Assembly: GCA_021648285.1 (NCBI GenBank)
Contig: JAKITC010000006.1
Coordinates: 10,057-74,056 of the forward strand
Length of the DNA: 64,000 nt
Reading direction: 5' to 3'
Source of the DNA: Sulfurimonas sp.
Lineage (GTDB): Bacteria; Campylobacterota; Campylobacteria; Campylobacterales; Sulfurimonadaceae
The notes below the pieces were generated by a model. It was not told the DNA's origin. It worked only from the letters and a program-made list of their open reading frames with translations, and ran no database searches. Made by a program: the position numbers and the translations under genes. Of the stretch, positions 47,310 through 56,927 are shown piece after piece (position 1 is the stretch's first letter; each line of letters begins with the position of its first letter).

Positions 47310-50030
47310 TTACTTTAACTCACTCCAGTTATTACCTATATTCATGCTGGCTTTTAGCGGAATATTCAACTTCATAATGTTTTCCATTATATTCTTAAAC
47401 TTCTCGCCTAAGACTTCAGCCTCATTTTCATCTACTTCAAATATTAGTTCATCATGGATTTGTAAAAGCATCTTAGCATTTAATCTCTCATCTTCTATTA
47501 CTTTATGAATCTTATTCATAGATAATTTAATAAGATCAGCAGCAGTTCCTTGAAACATACTGTTTACGGACTCACGCTCATATGCAGCTCTAAACATTGG
47601 TGTTGCATTTTCATAATCAAAATATCTACGGCGACCTAAGATAGTCTCAACATATCCCATCTCTTTTGAATCATCTACAATAGAGCGAAAATATGTTCTG
47701 ACCGTTGGAAAGCTCTCAAAATATTTTTCTATTATCTCTTTAGCTTCTTTAGTTGTGATGCCCAAAGTATCTGAGAGTTTTTTTTGTCCCATTCCATAAA
47801 GAAGTCCGAAGTTGACAGTTTTTGCTACACCTCTTTTAGCAGCTGCTTCATCTTCCCCGAACAGTGCTATTGCAGTCTGCATATGGATATCTTTGTCGTT
47901 CACAAATGCATCGACCAAGACTTTGTCCCCAGAGAAATGAGCAAGCAGTCTAAGCTCGATTTGAGAGTAATCTATACCCACAAACTTTTTACCTTTACCT
48001 GCTACAAATGCTTCTCTTATCCTAGAACCAAGCCTTGTTCTTGTAGGGATATTTTGTAAGTTTGGATTTTTTGAGCTTAGTCGTCCGGTTGCAGTACCTG
48101 TCTGAACAAACGAGGTATGAATACGACTATATTTATCCTCACTGCTTAGTTTTAAAAGTGGCTCAATATATGTAGAGTAAAGCTTGTAAACTTCACGATA
48201 TTCTAATAGCATAGGGATAATCTCATGAGCATCTTTGAGAGAAGAGAGAACTTGCTCATTAGTTGAATATCCGGTCTTAGTCTTCTTTCCAACCGGAAGT
48301 CCAAGATGCTCAAAAAGTATAGCACCTAACTGTTGTGTAGAGTTTATATTAAACTCACTTCCAGCCAATGCATAGATATTTTTAGTGAGTTCACTCAGAG
48401 TCTCTTTTACATCAACTAGAAACTCTTCTAAAAATGCACTGTTTACCTTTATCCCCTCTTTCTCCATCTTTAAAAGAGTCTTTATAAAAGGAAATTCTAC
48501 ATCATATGCTTCATCTATGAGATGCTTTGCGCTCTGAAGTTCTAGTTTCTCTAAAAACAGATAATAAAGTTTCAGAGTTATAAAAGCATCTTCTGCCGCG
48601 TATTTACAAGCATCCTCAACTTCTACACTGGCAAACGTCTCACCTTTTTTTACTGTATCTTTAAAAGCAACCATACTGTGGTTTAAAAGTTTATCTGAGA
48701 GTTTATCCAGTGAAAGTGCACTCTCTGTATTTACTAGCCAAGCAAGTATCATAGAATCAGCGTAGATTTCTAAAGAGTCATCTTCTAAAAATCTGCTTAC
48801 AAAGTGTAAATCAAACTTTATGTTGTGCCCAACTACCTTGAAGTTAAATATCTTTCTTATGGCTCTCTTTACATCATCTTTGCTTATCTGATCAGGAACA
48901 CCCAAATAAAAGTGAGCAAACGGAACATAATAAGCTTCTGTGTCATTAAAACTAAAGCTAAACCCTACAAGGGAGTCTTTCTCATACTCAAGACCTGTAG
49001 TCTCGGTATCAAATGCTACTATCGTATTTGAATCTAAAATATCTAAAACTTTGTTTAATTCTTTTACATCCGTAATAAGAGTTGCTTTAAACTCTAGTTT
49101 TCTAGTCTCTTGTATCTCAACTTCAACTTTATTAAATGCTTCTTGTTGTGTCTGTGTACTAACCATATTTTTAGCATGTAAAAATCTTAGTACATGATTT
49201 TGTTCATATTTTACAAGCTCATCATATATATTTAAAAATGGATGTTCAATATCCATAGTGTACTCTTGGAAATCAAAACTATCAAATACGTCATGCTTAA
49301 GTGTAACAAGTTCTTTTGACATGTAAGCAGCATCTTTTGATTCTACAAGTTTCTTTTGAATGCCTGCCGGCTTTATTTCATCTATATTTGCATAAATATT
49401 ATCTAAAGTGTCATACTCTACCAAGAGCTTCTCTGCACCAACCTTGCCAATTCCCCTTACACCAGGAACATTATCAGCAGAATCACCAAGAATCGCCTGA
49501 TAGTCTATAAACTGCTTTGGAGTAACGCCATACTTCTCAAAACAGGCATCTTCATCCATGCTTTTTCTCTTTATAGCGTCCACTACAACGACTTTACCGT
49601 CGTCAATTAACTGGTATAAATCTTTATCGTGAGAGACCACTCTGACAGTGTAACCCTTCTCTCTCGCTAAGTGTGTAACTGTAGCTATAATATCATCAGC
49701 TTCAAACCCAACTTGACCGAGAGTTTTATAACCCATCTTATCAATCCACTCTATGGCAATCGGTAGTTGCATAGTAAGCTCTTCCGGTGGGGGTTTACGG
49801 TGTGCTTTGTAGTTTGGGTCTATCTCATTTCTAAAAGTATTACCTTTCGTATCAATAGCAAAAACCAGATAGTCACTGTCATGCTGTTTTTGAAGAGTTG
49901 AGATAAAGTTAGTAAAACCGGTTAAAAGACCCGTAGGAAAGCCATCTTTATTTTTCAGATGTTGTGGCAGTGCATAAAAACTGCGAAAGAAAAAACCGAA
50001 GGTATCAATTATTGTGACTGTTTTACTCAT
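47310..50030 (-). CDS. polA: DNA polymerase I
   Basis: 5'-3' exonuclease GDSADNVPG, DTET, TGRLSS, DYSQIELR, QIHDEL. Confidence 0.98.
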   Translation of the reverse strand: MSKTVTIIDTFGFFFRSFYALPQHLKNKDGFPTGLLTGFTNFISTLQKQHDSDYLVFAIDTKGNTFRNEIDPNYKAHRKPPPEELTMQLPIAIEWIDKMGYKTLGQVGFEADDIIATVTHLAREKGYTVRVVSHDKDLYQLIDDGKVVVVDAIKRKSMDEDACFEKYGVTPKQFIDYQAILGDSADNVPGVRGIGKVGAEKLLVEYDTLDNIYANIDEIKPAGIQKKLVESKDAAYMSKELVTLKHDVFDSFDFQEYTMDIEHPFLNIYDELVKYEQNHVLRFLHAKNMVSTQTQQEAFNKVEVEIQETRKLEFKATLITDVKELNKVLDILDSNTIVAFDTETTGLEYEKDSLVGFSFSFNDTEAYYVPFAHFYLGVPDQISKDDVKRAIRKIFNFKVVGHNIKFDLHFVSRFLEDDSLEIYADSMILAWLVNTESALSLDKLSDKLLNHSMVAFKDTVKKGETFASVEVEDACKYAAEDAFITLKLYYLFLEKLELQSAKHLIDEAYDVEFPFIKTLLKMEKEGIKVNSAFLEEFLVDVKETLSELTKNIYALAGSEFNINSTQQLGAILFEHLGLPVGKKTKTGYSTNEQVLSSLKDAHEIIPMLLEYREVYKLYSTYIEPLLKLSSEDKYSRIHTSFVQTGTATGRLSSKNPNLQNIPTRTRLGSRIREAFVAGKGKKFVGIDYSQIELRLLAHFSGDKVLVDAFVNDKDIHMQTAIALFGEDEAAAKRGVAKTVNFGLLYGMGQKKLSDTLGITTKEAKEIIEKYFESFPTVRTYFRSIVDDSKEMGYVETILGRRRYFDYENATPMFRAAYERESVNSMFQGTAADLIKLSMNKIHKVIEDERLNAKMLLQIHDELIFEVDENEAEVLGEKFKNIMENIMKLNIPLKASMNIGNNWSELK

Positions 50031-50032
50031 CC

Positions 50033-50842
50033 TTACATTGATTCCGATATATCAGTAATTACACCACTGAGAATTTCACGATTATAACCGGCATCCTCTG
50101 CTTTTTTCAATCCAAAATTAATAGCCATCTCACTTAGAGGTTCATTTACAGGAACCAGTGTCTTTACAATATTTAAAGCAATGCAAAATTCCTGAAGATT
50201 TTGGGGAGCGGCAGATGGATTGTCAGAGTATTTAATCATTTCTATAAACTCACTGTCAAATCCCCAATGCTTAAAAACTAAAGCTGTTACCTCACCACAT
50301 GTAAGACCGGTATAAGCTTTTTCAACCATAGCTAAATTATGTGAGTTTTTTGCTTCGTTAGAAAAGCTTGTCACTTCATCTTCTTGAATAACGCTACTCG
50401 CAATAAGTATTTTTCCTATCTCCTGCAAAAATGCGGCCAAATACAATCCATCTGCTTTCGCTCTATCTATTTTCTTATACCATTGCAGCATTAAAGCTGC
50501 TTGCAGCCCTGAAATATGTGCAAATTTTTCTGATGTAATACCATAAGGTTCCATATCTATATTAAGGAGCTTTTTTATTGAGTTACCAAGAGCTATTGAT
50601 CGGGTCATGCTCATTCCAAAAAGACCTACTGCCTGAGAAGCATTTTTTATCTCTCTTCCAAATCCATACATAGGTGAATTGGCAGTTTTAAGGAGATTTG
50701 CAACAATCATAGGATCACGCTCAATAACTTTAGACATGTCATTTATTGTAGAATCATCATCAAAATAAATTCTATTTATTTCTATAATCGTTGTAGATAG
50801 AGGAGGAAGTGCTTTAATGCCGTCAATAATAGAACTTTTCAA
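50033..50842 (-). CDS. HDOD domain protein
   Basis: LPPLS, DPMIVANLLKTANSP, LQEIGK, HWGF. Confidence 0.88.
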   Translation of the reverse strand: MKSSIIDGIKALPPLSTTIIEINRIYFDDDSTINDMSKVIERDPMIVANLLKTANSPMYGFGREIKNASQAVGLFGMSMTRSIALGNSIKKLLNIDMEPYGITSEKFAHISGLQAALMLQWYKKIDRAKADGLYLAAFLQEIGKILIASSVIQEDEVTSFSNEAKNSHNLAMVEKAYTGLTCGEVTALVFKHWGFDSEFIEMIKYSDNPSAAPQNLQEFCIALNIVKTLVPVNEPLSEMAINFGLKKAEDAGYNREILSGVITDISESM

Positions 50843-50892
50843 AGTATAGATACCCCTTTTTTATTACTATTGTATCACTTTAAAGCTAAAAG

Positions 50893-51606
50893 TTATTTAG
50901 TATGACACTCTGTTAAAGTTTTTTCAGCTCTGGAAATATAATCATATCCATTATAAACTGTATATGAACCGTAAAGGATAACCGCAAAAGATGAAAGACT
51001 CATCATCATATTTCTGAAACTTGTTGCACTTGAGAGTGATGCTAAAAAACCAAGAGAAAACATTGCCGGGATTGTACTGATTCCAAATATAGCCATTACT
51101 AAAGCACCATATACGGGGCTTGCTGTACTGGCCGCAGTTATTGCGAAAAAGTAAACAAATCCACATGGCAAAAGTCCATTTAACATACCAAGAACAAAAA
51201 AACTAAGGTTTGATTTTGAATTTAATACCTTTTTAAATGCATTTTTATATATAGATGAGGATGTAAATGAATGTTCAATCAGTGTTAAAAACTTTATCTT
51301 TCCCATTAAAGATAATCCCGCAAGAATCATGGCAATACCTGCGGCTATAAGCAGTGTTCCATTGGCATTATTACTAAAAGTAACAACACTTCCAAGTGCT
51401 CCAAATACTGCACCGAGTATTGAATATGTAAAGACTCTGCCAAATGAATACATAAGATGCGCTGTTGCTTGAGAGACCTTGGAACTTGCCGGCTCTATTT
51501 TTATAGTTGAGTATGCTAAAACAATTCCCCCGCACATTCCTATACAGTGCCCAAAAGAGCCTAAAAAAGCAATACTGATTATAGCTATTATATTTACAGT
51601 TTCCAT
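50893..51606 (-). CDS. Sulfite exporter TauE/SafE-like (DsbD_2) membrane protein
   Basis: GHCIGMCGG and GLLPCGFVY motifs. Confidence 0.85.
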   Translation of the reverse strand: METVNIIAIISIAFLGSFGHCIGMCGGIVLAYSTIKIEPASSKVSQATAHLMYSFGRVFTYSILGAVFGALGSVVTFSNNANGTLLIAAGIAMILAGLSLMGKIKFLTLIEHSFTSSSIYKNAFKKVLNSKSNLSFFVLGMLNGLLPCGFVYFFAITAASTASPVYGALVMAIFGISTIPAMFSLGFLASLSSATSFRNMMMSLSSFAVILYGSYTVYNGYDYISRAEKTLTECHTK

Positions 51607-51636
51607 TGAGACCGATTCACATTAAATTGCACTATA

Positions 51637-52158
51637 TTAGTTCCCTAAAAGTTGTTTTTTTATACTTGGATTTTTAAGAGTTTCACCCCTTAACATTCGT
51701 AGACGCATTGTATCAAAATCTACATATAAATCTTTTTTATTTTCATATGCCCCAAATCCATATCCCATTGCTGTTTTATCCGTCAATGAATAAAAAGCAG
51801 TTCTTGCATTTATATATTTTTTTGTGTCTCTACTCATTACCCATACAACAGCACTATCTTTAAACTTCTTATCTTCAAGCCACTTTACTAATCCTCCATG
51901 ATCATGAAAAAACCAACTCTTTCCATTTTTTATAATTACTTGAGATAAATCAGTTAGGTCATTTATAACCATTTTGCAATCACTGTCTATATATTTTCCA
52001 ATTTTCACCTCTATTGGGATTTGCTTAAAATTTCCCTCATTAACAATAATGGTCCTTTTTGTTGATGCAAGAGATAAGAACAGTGTTACAATTATTGCAG
52101 CTATAATTACTATTATTAAAAAAGGCAGAATTTTTCTCATCATTATTAAAAACTCCAT
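51637..52158 (-). CDS. NosL-like membrane-anchored protein
   Basis: DSDCKMVI, FFHDHGG, TAMGYGFGAY resemble NosL. Confidence 0.65.
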   Translation of the reverse strand: MEFLIMMRKILPFLIIVIIAAIIVTLFLSLASTKRTIIVNEGNFKQIPIEVKIGKYIDSDCKMVINDLTDLSQVIIKNGKSWFFHDHGGLVKWLEDKKFKDSAVVWVMSRDTKKYINARTAFYSLTDKTAMGYGFGAYENKKDLYVDFDTMRLRMLRGETLKNPSIKKQLLGN

Positions 52159-52276
52159 ATTATTTGAAAAATCAAATTTTTTATAAATTATAATTTGAAT
52201 TAATAGATTATAATTTAAATATAAACCATCTATATTACTGCTATTTTACACTAATTTAGTTACATTTGTGTTAGGC

Positions 52277-52750
52277 TTATCTTCTTTTTCTGCCCTTACC
52301 TAAATCATCATAAATTAAAAACCTGGACAGGTCATCTTTTATCTCTAAATCTAGACTATCCCATATTTCTTTTTTCTTAGCATACCTGGATAAGTCCTCT
52401 GTTTTACTCTTTTTAATATCTCGGATTAGATAGTGATATCTAACTATATCTTTTGTATATTGACTTATAAAAACCCAGTTTTTTATTATCTGATAACTTC
52501 TCTCTTCATGATCCGTAAAACTATACTCATCAAACTCTATATCCTCATCATCTTTTATATATGCGGTTGACGGCTTACCAATATCATGCAAAAGTGCAGA
52601 CGCAAAAAGCTTGAATTCGCCAGCCCTTAAAACATAGTACACAACCCTAAGAGTATGAAAAAAAACACCATGTTGGTGCCACTTGTTTTGCATAAAAAAG
52701 AGTGATTTTAAAAATTGCTTTGAATAAAAATTATTATTTGTAATATTCAT
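52277..52750 (-). CDS. HD domain protein
   Basis: WHQH..FHT, LLHDIGKP, DHEERS, YH, YDD; start MNIT. Confidence 0.8.
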   Translation of the reverse strand: MNITNNNFYSKQFLKSLFFMQNKWHQHGVFFHTLRVVYYVLRAGEFKLFASALLHDIGKPSTAYIKDDEDIEFDEYSFTDHEERSYQIIKNWVFISQYTKDIVRYHYLIRDIKKSKTEDLSRYAKKKEIWDSLDLEIKDDLSRFLIYDDLGKGRKRR

Positions 52751-53574
52751 AGCATCTCCTTTGCCATAGGGTGGCATACTTCAACTGTCTCTTTAAGATT
52801 TCGCTTTTGGATATGTGTATAAATCTGCGTAGTTAAAAGCGAGGCATGACCTAGTAGTTCTTGCACAACTCGCAAGTCTGCTCCTCCTGTTACAAGTGAT
52901 GTTGCATAAGAATGGCGAAGAACATGGGGAGATACTCCTAAGTACTTTTGAGTTATCTTATATGCAGAGATACGACTTAAACTTCCGCCCTTATAATTAC
53001 ACCAAACAAACTCTTTTTGACTTTTCATCTCATTCAAATAGTTGTCAATCGCTTCTCTTGCCACATTTGCTATTGGGACTATGCGCTCTTTTTCACCTTT
53101 TGCGTGTCGTATATAAAGCCAATCTCTCTCTATATCCTCTCTTTGCAAAGCCAAGCATTCGCTTATTCTGGCTCCGGTTGCATACAAGAATAGTATCAAA
53201 GCGTAATCACGAAGCCCTATTAACGAGCTTCTGTCAATTAATTGCAGTGAGTTTTGTATCTCTTGATATGATAAAAATTTAGGAAGTAGTTTTGGGATTT
53301 TTGCAAATTTGAGCTTTGTTTTTTCTTCTAAAAATTGATTCTTATAGCAGAAGTCAAAAAAAGCATTGACAGATGAGAGTTTTCTATTTAAAGTTCTTTT
53401 ATTTTTATAAGAGCTCAAAGCCTTTAAAAGAGTCCCTGAATTCAATCTGATTAAAGGTTTTTTTAGTGTTTCTTCCAGAGTGTTTAAATCACTCCGATAC
53501 GCTTGGATACTTTTTTTACTAAGAGCTCTTACAACAGTAATATACTCTATAAAAGCTTCTAGTTCGTTGGACAT
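52747..53574 (-). CDS. Tyrosine recombinase, XerD-like
   Basis: TGARISE, KGEKER, HVLRHSYAT, LLGHA, TQIY. Confidence 0.92.
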   Translation of the reverse strand: MSNELEAFIEYITVVRALSKKSIQAYRSDLNTLEETLKKPLIRLNSGTLLKALSSYKNKRTLNRKLSSVNAFFDFCYKNQFLEEKTKLKFAKIPKLLPKFLSYQEIQNSLQLIDRSSLIGLRDYALILFLYATGARISECLALQREDIERDWLYIRHAKGEKERIVPIANVAREAIDNYLNEMKSQKEFVWCNYKGGSLSRISAYKITQKYLGVSPHVLRHSYATSLVTGGADLRVVQELLGHASLLTTQIYTHIQKRNLKETVEVCHPMAKEML

Positions 53575-53596
53575 AGCACCATCCTTTAAAAATGCA

Positions 53597-54610
53597 CTAC
53601 TCTACAGATATATACTCATCATCTACATAGAAAATTTTATCAGAGATAAATACATATCCATCATTTATACTTACATCATAAACAGTATACTTTGAAAAGT
53701 CTTTTGATATTTCAATTATATAACCCTCTTTTTCTAAAACATACAACTTATCGTCGCTAACTATCATTCCTAAAAAGTGAGCGAAAGGAAACTTTAGCTT
53801 TGCATTTTGTTTAAGCTCTGATGTCAATGAGATAATATCACCCTGTTTTGTTGCTATATAAATATTTTTATCATCACTGAGAACATTTCTGATATCATGA
53901 TTGGCTCTAATCTCTTTCTCAGCCAATGAGAGCAGTTTATGCCCTGTTGCTGTAACTATTTTATTATTAACCAAGTTAAAATAAATAATATTGTTAAAAT
54001 AATCTTCACTACTGACAATAATAGTTCTTAATTTCTTCTTTATTTTTGAATTAATAACAACTATTTTTCCATCAAGTGTTGAAAAGATAACAATGTCATC
54101 TCTAAAATATGGCTTTACTATCTTAGAATTTACAACTATAGGTGCATCACCCTGCTCTTTTAAAAGTAATGTTTTAGTAGCTATAGAGTATAAAGCCATC
54201 TCATTATTTGTAAAAAGAACTGCTAATACATCATCTTTAACACTTGCTATTGCGATAGTTCTCTTGAGTTCAAATTTTTCTATTCTTGTACTATCATTAG
54301 CAGATTGAAGTGTTAAATCTCCATCAATACTTGCACTTATTACCCATCCGTCACTGTATCCCAAAAGTTTATGATTTTGTGGAATTTTTACATCTAAAAC
54401 TTTATCTGTCGCCAATACTTTTCTATCTTCAACAAGAGCAGCATCAGGTGAGATATCTTTTATTGTAACTTCACTACTACCAAAATTCTTCCAATTACCT
54501 GCAACATCGATAGGTTTAAATACTTCTTTAGTACTACATGCAGTAAAAATAGTGGCTGTTAGTGTTATTAAAACTAAAAATAATACTTTCAACATATTAC
54601 TTAATGCCAT
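53597..54610 (-). CDS. Beta-propeller lipoprotein (BamB-like)
   Basis: FTAC lipobox; beta-rich repeats; follows the YfgM-like gene. Confidence 0.65.
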   Translation of the reverse strand: MALSNMLKVLFLVLITLTATIFTACSTKEVFKPIDVAGNWKNFGSSEVTIKDISPDAALVEDRKVLATDKVLDVKIPQNHKLLGYSDGWVISASIDGDLTLQSANDSTRIEKFELKRTIAIASVKDDVLAVLFTNNEMALYSIATKTLLLKEQGDAPIVVNSKIVKPYFRDDIVIFSTLDGKIVVINSKIKKKLRTIIVSSEDYFNNIIYFNLVNNKIVTATGHKLLSLAEKEIRANHDIRNVLSDDKNIYIATKQGDIISLTSELKQNAKLKFPFAHFLGMIVSDDKLYVLEKEGYIIEISKDFSKYTVYDVSINDGYVFISDKIFYVDDEYISVE

Positions 54611-55184
54611 AGTGCAGAAGAATTTTTACTAATTTATTTAAAGAAGAGTCTTGTGAAACTTTTAAAAGTTTATTATGCGCTTCATCTATCTTATTTGCTT
54701 CTAATAACATAACTGCACTTTGAACTAAAGCCAAATCTCTATAAATTGCATCTTGTGCAGAAGCATAATCATCTAATGAATTGGGATTGGTAGCCAATTC
54801 ATACTTTGCCAAATCATCAATTATTAATGCATTTGAACTTTTTATGTTCTTAATCGCATCCAAATCTTTATTTGCTACTGCCTGTGAAAATATCCAAACA
54901 TCATAAAGCTCTGAACTTGAAGTTTTTAATTCACTAAGCGCATGAGCGTCTTTAGAATCTTTCATCAGCTTAGTCAGTGCCGCATTCGCAGCAGTTATCT
55001 TAGAATTCTCATTAGCATCGTAAACTATATTAGCACTAACAACCAAAACTATTGCTACAACTGAACCTATCATTGCTTTTTTATATTTTTTTACAAACTT
55101 TTCAGTTATAACCGCTTTTTCAAAAAACTTTTCTTCGGAGTTCAACTCCTCTTTTACCATACTGATATTATCTTTTAAGCTCAA
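54597..55184 (-). CDS. Single-TM TPR-like protein (YfgM-like)
   Basis: EELNSEEKFFE N-terminus, one TM segment, helical periplasmic domain. Confidence 0.65.
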   Translation of the reverse strand: MSLKDNISMVKEELNSEEKFFEKAVITEKFVKKYKKAMIGSVVAIVLVVSANIVYDANENSKITAANAALTKLMKDSKDAHALSELKTSSSELYDVWIFSQAVANKDLDAIKNIKSSNALIIDDLAKYELATNPNSLDDYASAQDAIYRDLALVQSAVMLLEANKIDEAHNKLLKVSQDSSLNKLVKILLHYGIK

Positions 55185-55308
55185 AAATATTCCTTCATTT
55201 TATACAATCAATTAAAATTGTAAAATAATATCGCATAATTTGTTAAAGTTTCATCAAATTGATAGATTTTTTTTGTTACAATCTTATTAAAATATTTAAA
55301 GGTATGCA

Positions 55309-55599
55309 ATGAAAGTAGATGATGCACTATTAACAAAATTAGAAAAACTATCATTTTTAAAAGTTTCAGCTGATAAAAGAGAAGACATCATTGAACAACT
55401 ATCTGAAATAGTTAGCTTTGTTGATAACCTGAGCGAATTAGACACAGATGGTGTAGATGATAATTTTGCTATGAATGATGAAGCAACTATGCTTAGAGAA
55501 GACAAAGCTTCATGTAGTACTGATATAAATGATAATATACTCAAAAATGCACCACAAAGTGCTGATCACTTCTTTATTGTTCCTAAAATCATAGAGTAA
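55309..55599 (+). CDS. gatC: Asp/Glu-tRNA amidotransferase subunit C
   Basis: LEKLSFL, LREDK, NAP..FFIVPKIIE. Confidence 0.93.
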   Translation: MKVDDALLTKLEKLSFLKVSADKREDIIEQLSEIVSFVDNLSELDTDGVDDNFAMNDEATMLREDKASCSTDINDNILKNAPQSADHFFIVPKIIE

Positions 55600-55601
55600 A
55601 T

Positions 55602-55800
55602 ATGATAAAAATCTATGGGATTAAGAACTACTATAGTGTAAAAAAAGCACTTTTTTTTTAAAGAATTAGACCTTGATGAGGCCGCTAAAACAGAGTGGCT
55701 TTGCAAAGAAAATCTTTTAATAAAACGACCAATAATAGAATTTGAAAATACTATTATTGTTGGGTATAATAATACTAAATATAAAGAGGTACTACTATGA
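55602..55800 (+). pseudogene. ArsC/Spx/YffB-family pseudogene (internal deletion)
   Basis: MIKIYGIKNYYSVKKALFF* then, in another frame, KELDLDE...NLLIKRPIIE...VGY; central part missing and catalytic Cys lost. Confidence 0.75.
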
Positions 55801-56882
55801 GTAAAGATGAAAAAAAAACAATTGACATAAAAAAACTACTTAAAAGTGTTTTACACTTTGATTCATCGGATCTTCATCTTGTTCCGGGGAGTGAACCACA
55901 GATTAGGATAGATAAGGAGTTAAAACCTCTAAATTTACCTGTTTTAGATGCGGATGAAATAGAAGAGATGGCTTATGCCCTCATAGAAGATAAACAGAAA
56001 AAATTATTTGAAGAAGATAATGAGCTTGACTTTTCATTTGAGCTTGATAATATTGGTCGTTTTCGTGCGAACTACTACCGCACCATTTCTGGTATTGGTT
56101 GTGCTTTTCGTATGATTCCAATAGATATACCAACGCTCGAAGAGTATAACAATAACCCTATTTTTAAAGAACTTGTGAAAAAGGAGAAGGGACTTATTCT
56201 TGTAACAGGTCCAACGGGTAGCGGTAAATCAACAACGCTTGCTTCAATGCTTCATGAGATTAACATAACTGAAAGAAGACATATTATTACTATTGAAGAC
56301 CCTGTTGAGTTTGTACACACAAACATAAAATCTCTATTTTCTCAAAGAGATGTCTCTGAAGGTGACACAGCATCTTTCGCAACTGCGCTAAAATATGCTC
56401 TTAGACAGGATCCGGACGTTATACTAATTGGAGAGATGAGAGATAAAGAGACTATCTCTGCTGCTCTTACTGCTGCTGAAACTGGTCACCTTGTTTTTGG
56501 AACACTTCATACAAATTCTGCTCCAGGAACAATCAACCGTATAATTGATGTTTTTGACGCAGGAGAGCAACCACAGATTAGAGCACAACTTTCATCTTCT
56601 TTAGTTTCTGTTATTGCACAATCTCTTATTCCAAGAATTGGTGGTGGCAAAGTGGCTACACAAGAGGTTCTTATATCAAATCCAGCTGTTAATAATCTTA
56701 TTAGAGAAGACAAAGTTCATCAAATATACTCTCAAATGCAACTAAATCAAAATGAAACACATATGACTACACAGACTGATGAACTTGTAGGTCTACTACA
56801 AAAAAAGATTATTACAAAAGAGCATGCTCTTAAAAATTCAAATAGGCCCGAAGAGCTAATTAAGATTATTGTTAATTTATAA
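55797..56882 (+). CDS. pilT: PilT family ATPase
   Basis: SDLHL, GPTGSGKSTT, TIEDPVE, LRQDPD, GTLHT, NLIRE. Confidence 0.93.
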   Translation: MSKDEKKTIDIKKLLKSVLHFDSSDLHLVPGSEPQIRIDKELKPLNLPVLDADEIEEMAYALIEDKQKKLFEEDNELDFSFELDNIGRFRANYYRTISGIGCAFRMIPIDIPTLEEYNNNPIFKELVKKEKGLILVTGPTGSGKSTTLASMLHEINITERRHIITIEDPVEFVHTNIKSLFSQRDVSEGDTASFATALKYALRQDPDVILIGEMRDKETISAALTAAETGHLVFGTLHTNSAPGTINRIIDVFDAGEQPQIRAQLSSSLVSVIAQSLIPRIGGGKVATQEVLISNPAVNNLIREDKVHQIYSQMQLNQNETHMTTQTDELVGLLQKKIITKEHALKNSNRPEELIKIIVNL

Positions 56883-56886
56883 AATT

Positions 56887-56919
56887 TATGAACATGTGAA
56901 TTGATTTCACATGTTCATA
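56887..56919. terminator. Hairpin between convergent genes
   Basis: TATGAACATGTGAA-TTGAT-TTCACATGTTCATA, 14-bp perfect stem. Confidence 0.65.
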
Positions 56920-56927
56920 TCTATAAT

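Noticed and set aside
52160-52230. Repeated ATTATAATTT motifs
   Set aside because: Very AT-rich context; cannot be distinguished from promoter boxes or chance
52747-53574. Tyrosine recombinase as a prophage or island integrase
   Set aside because: XerD-like size and housekeeping operon context, with no phage genes or att sites adjacent
55797-56882. Lone pilT as sign of a novel pilus system
   Set aside because: A pilT near gatC without other pil genes is expected in this lineage; no pilus genes are in the window
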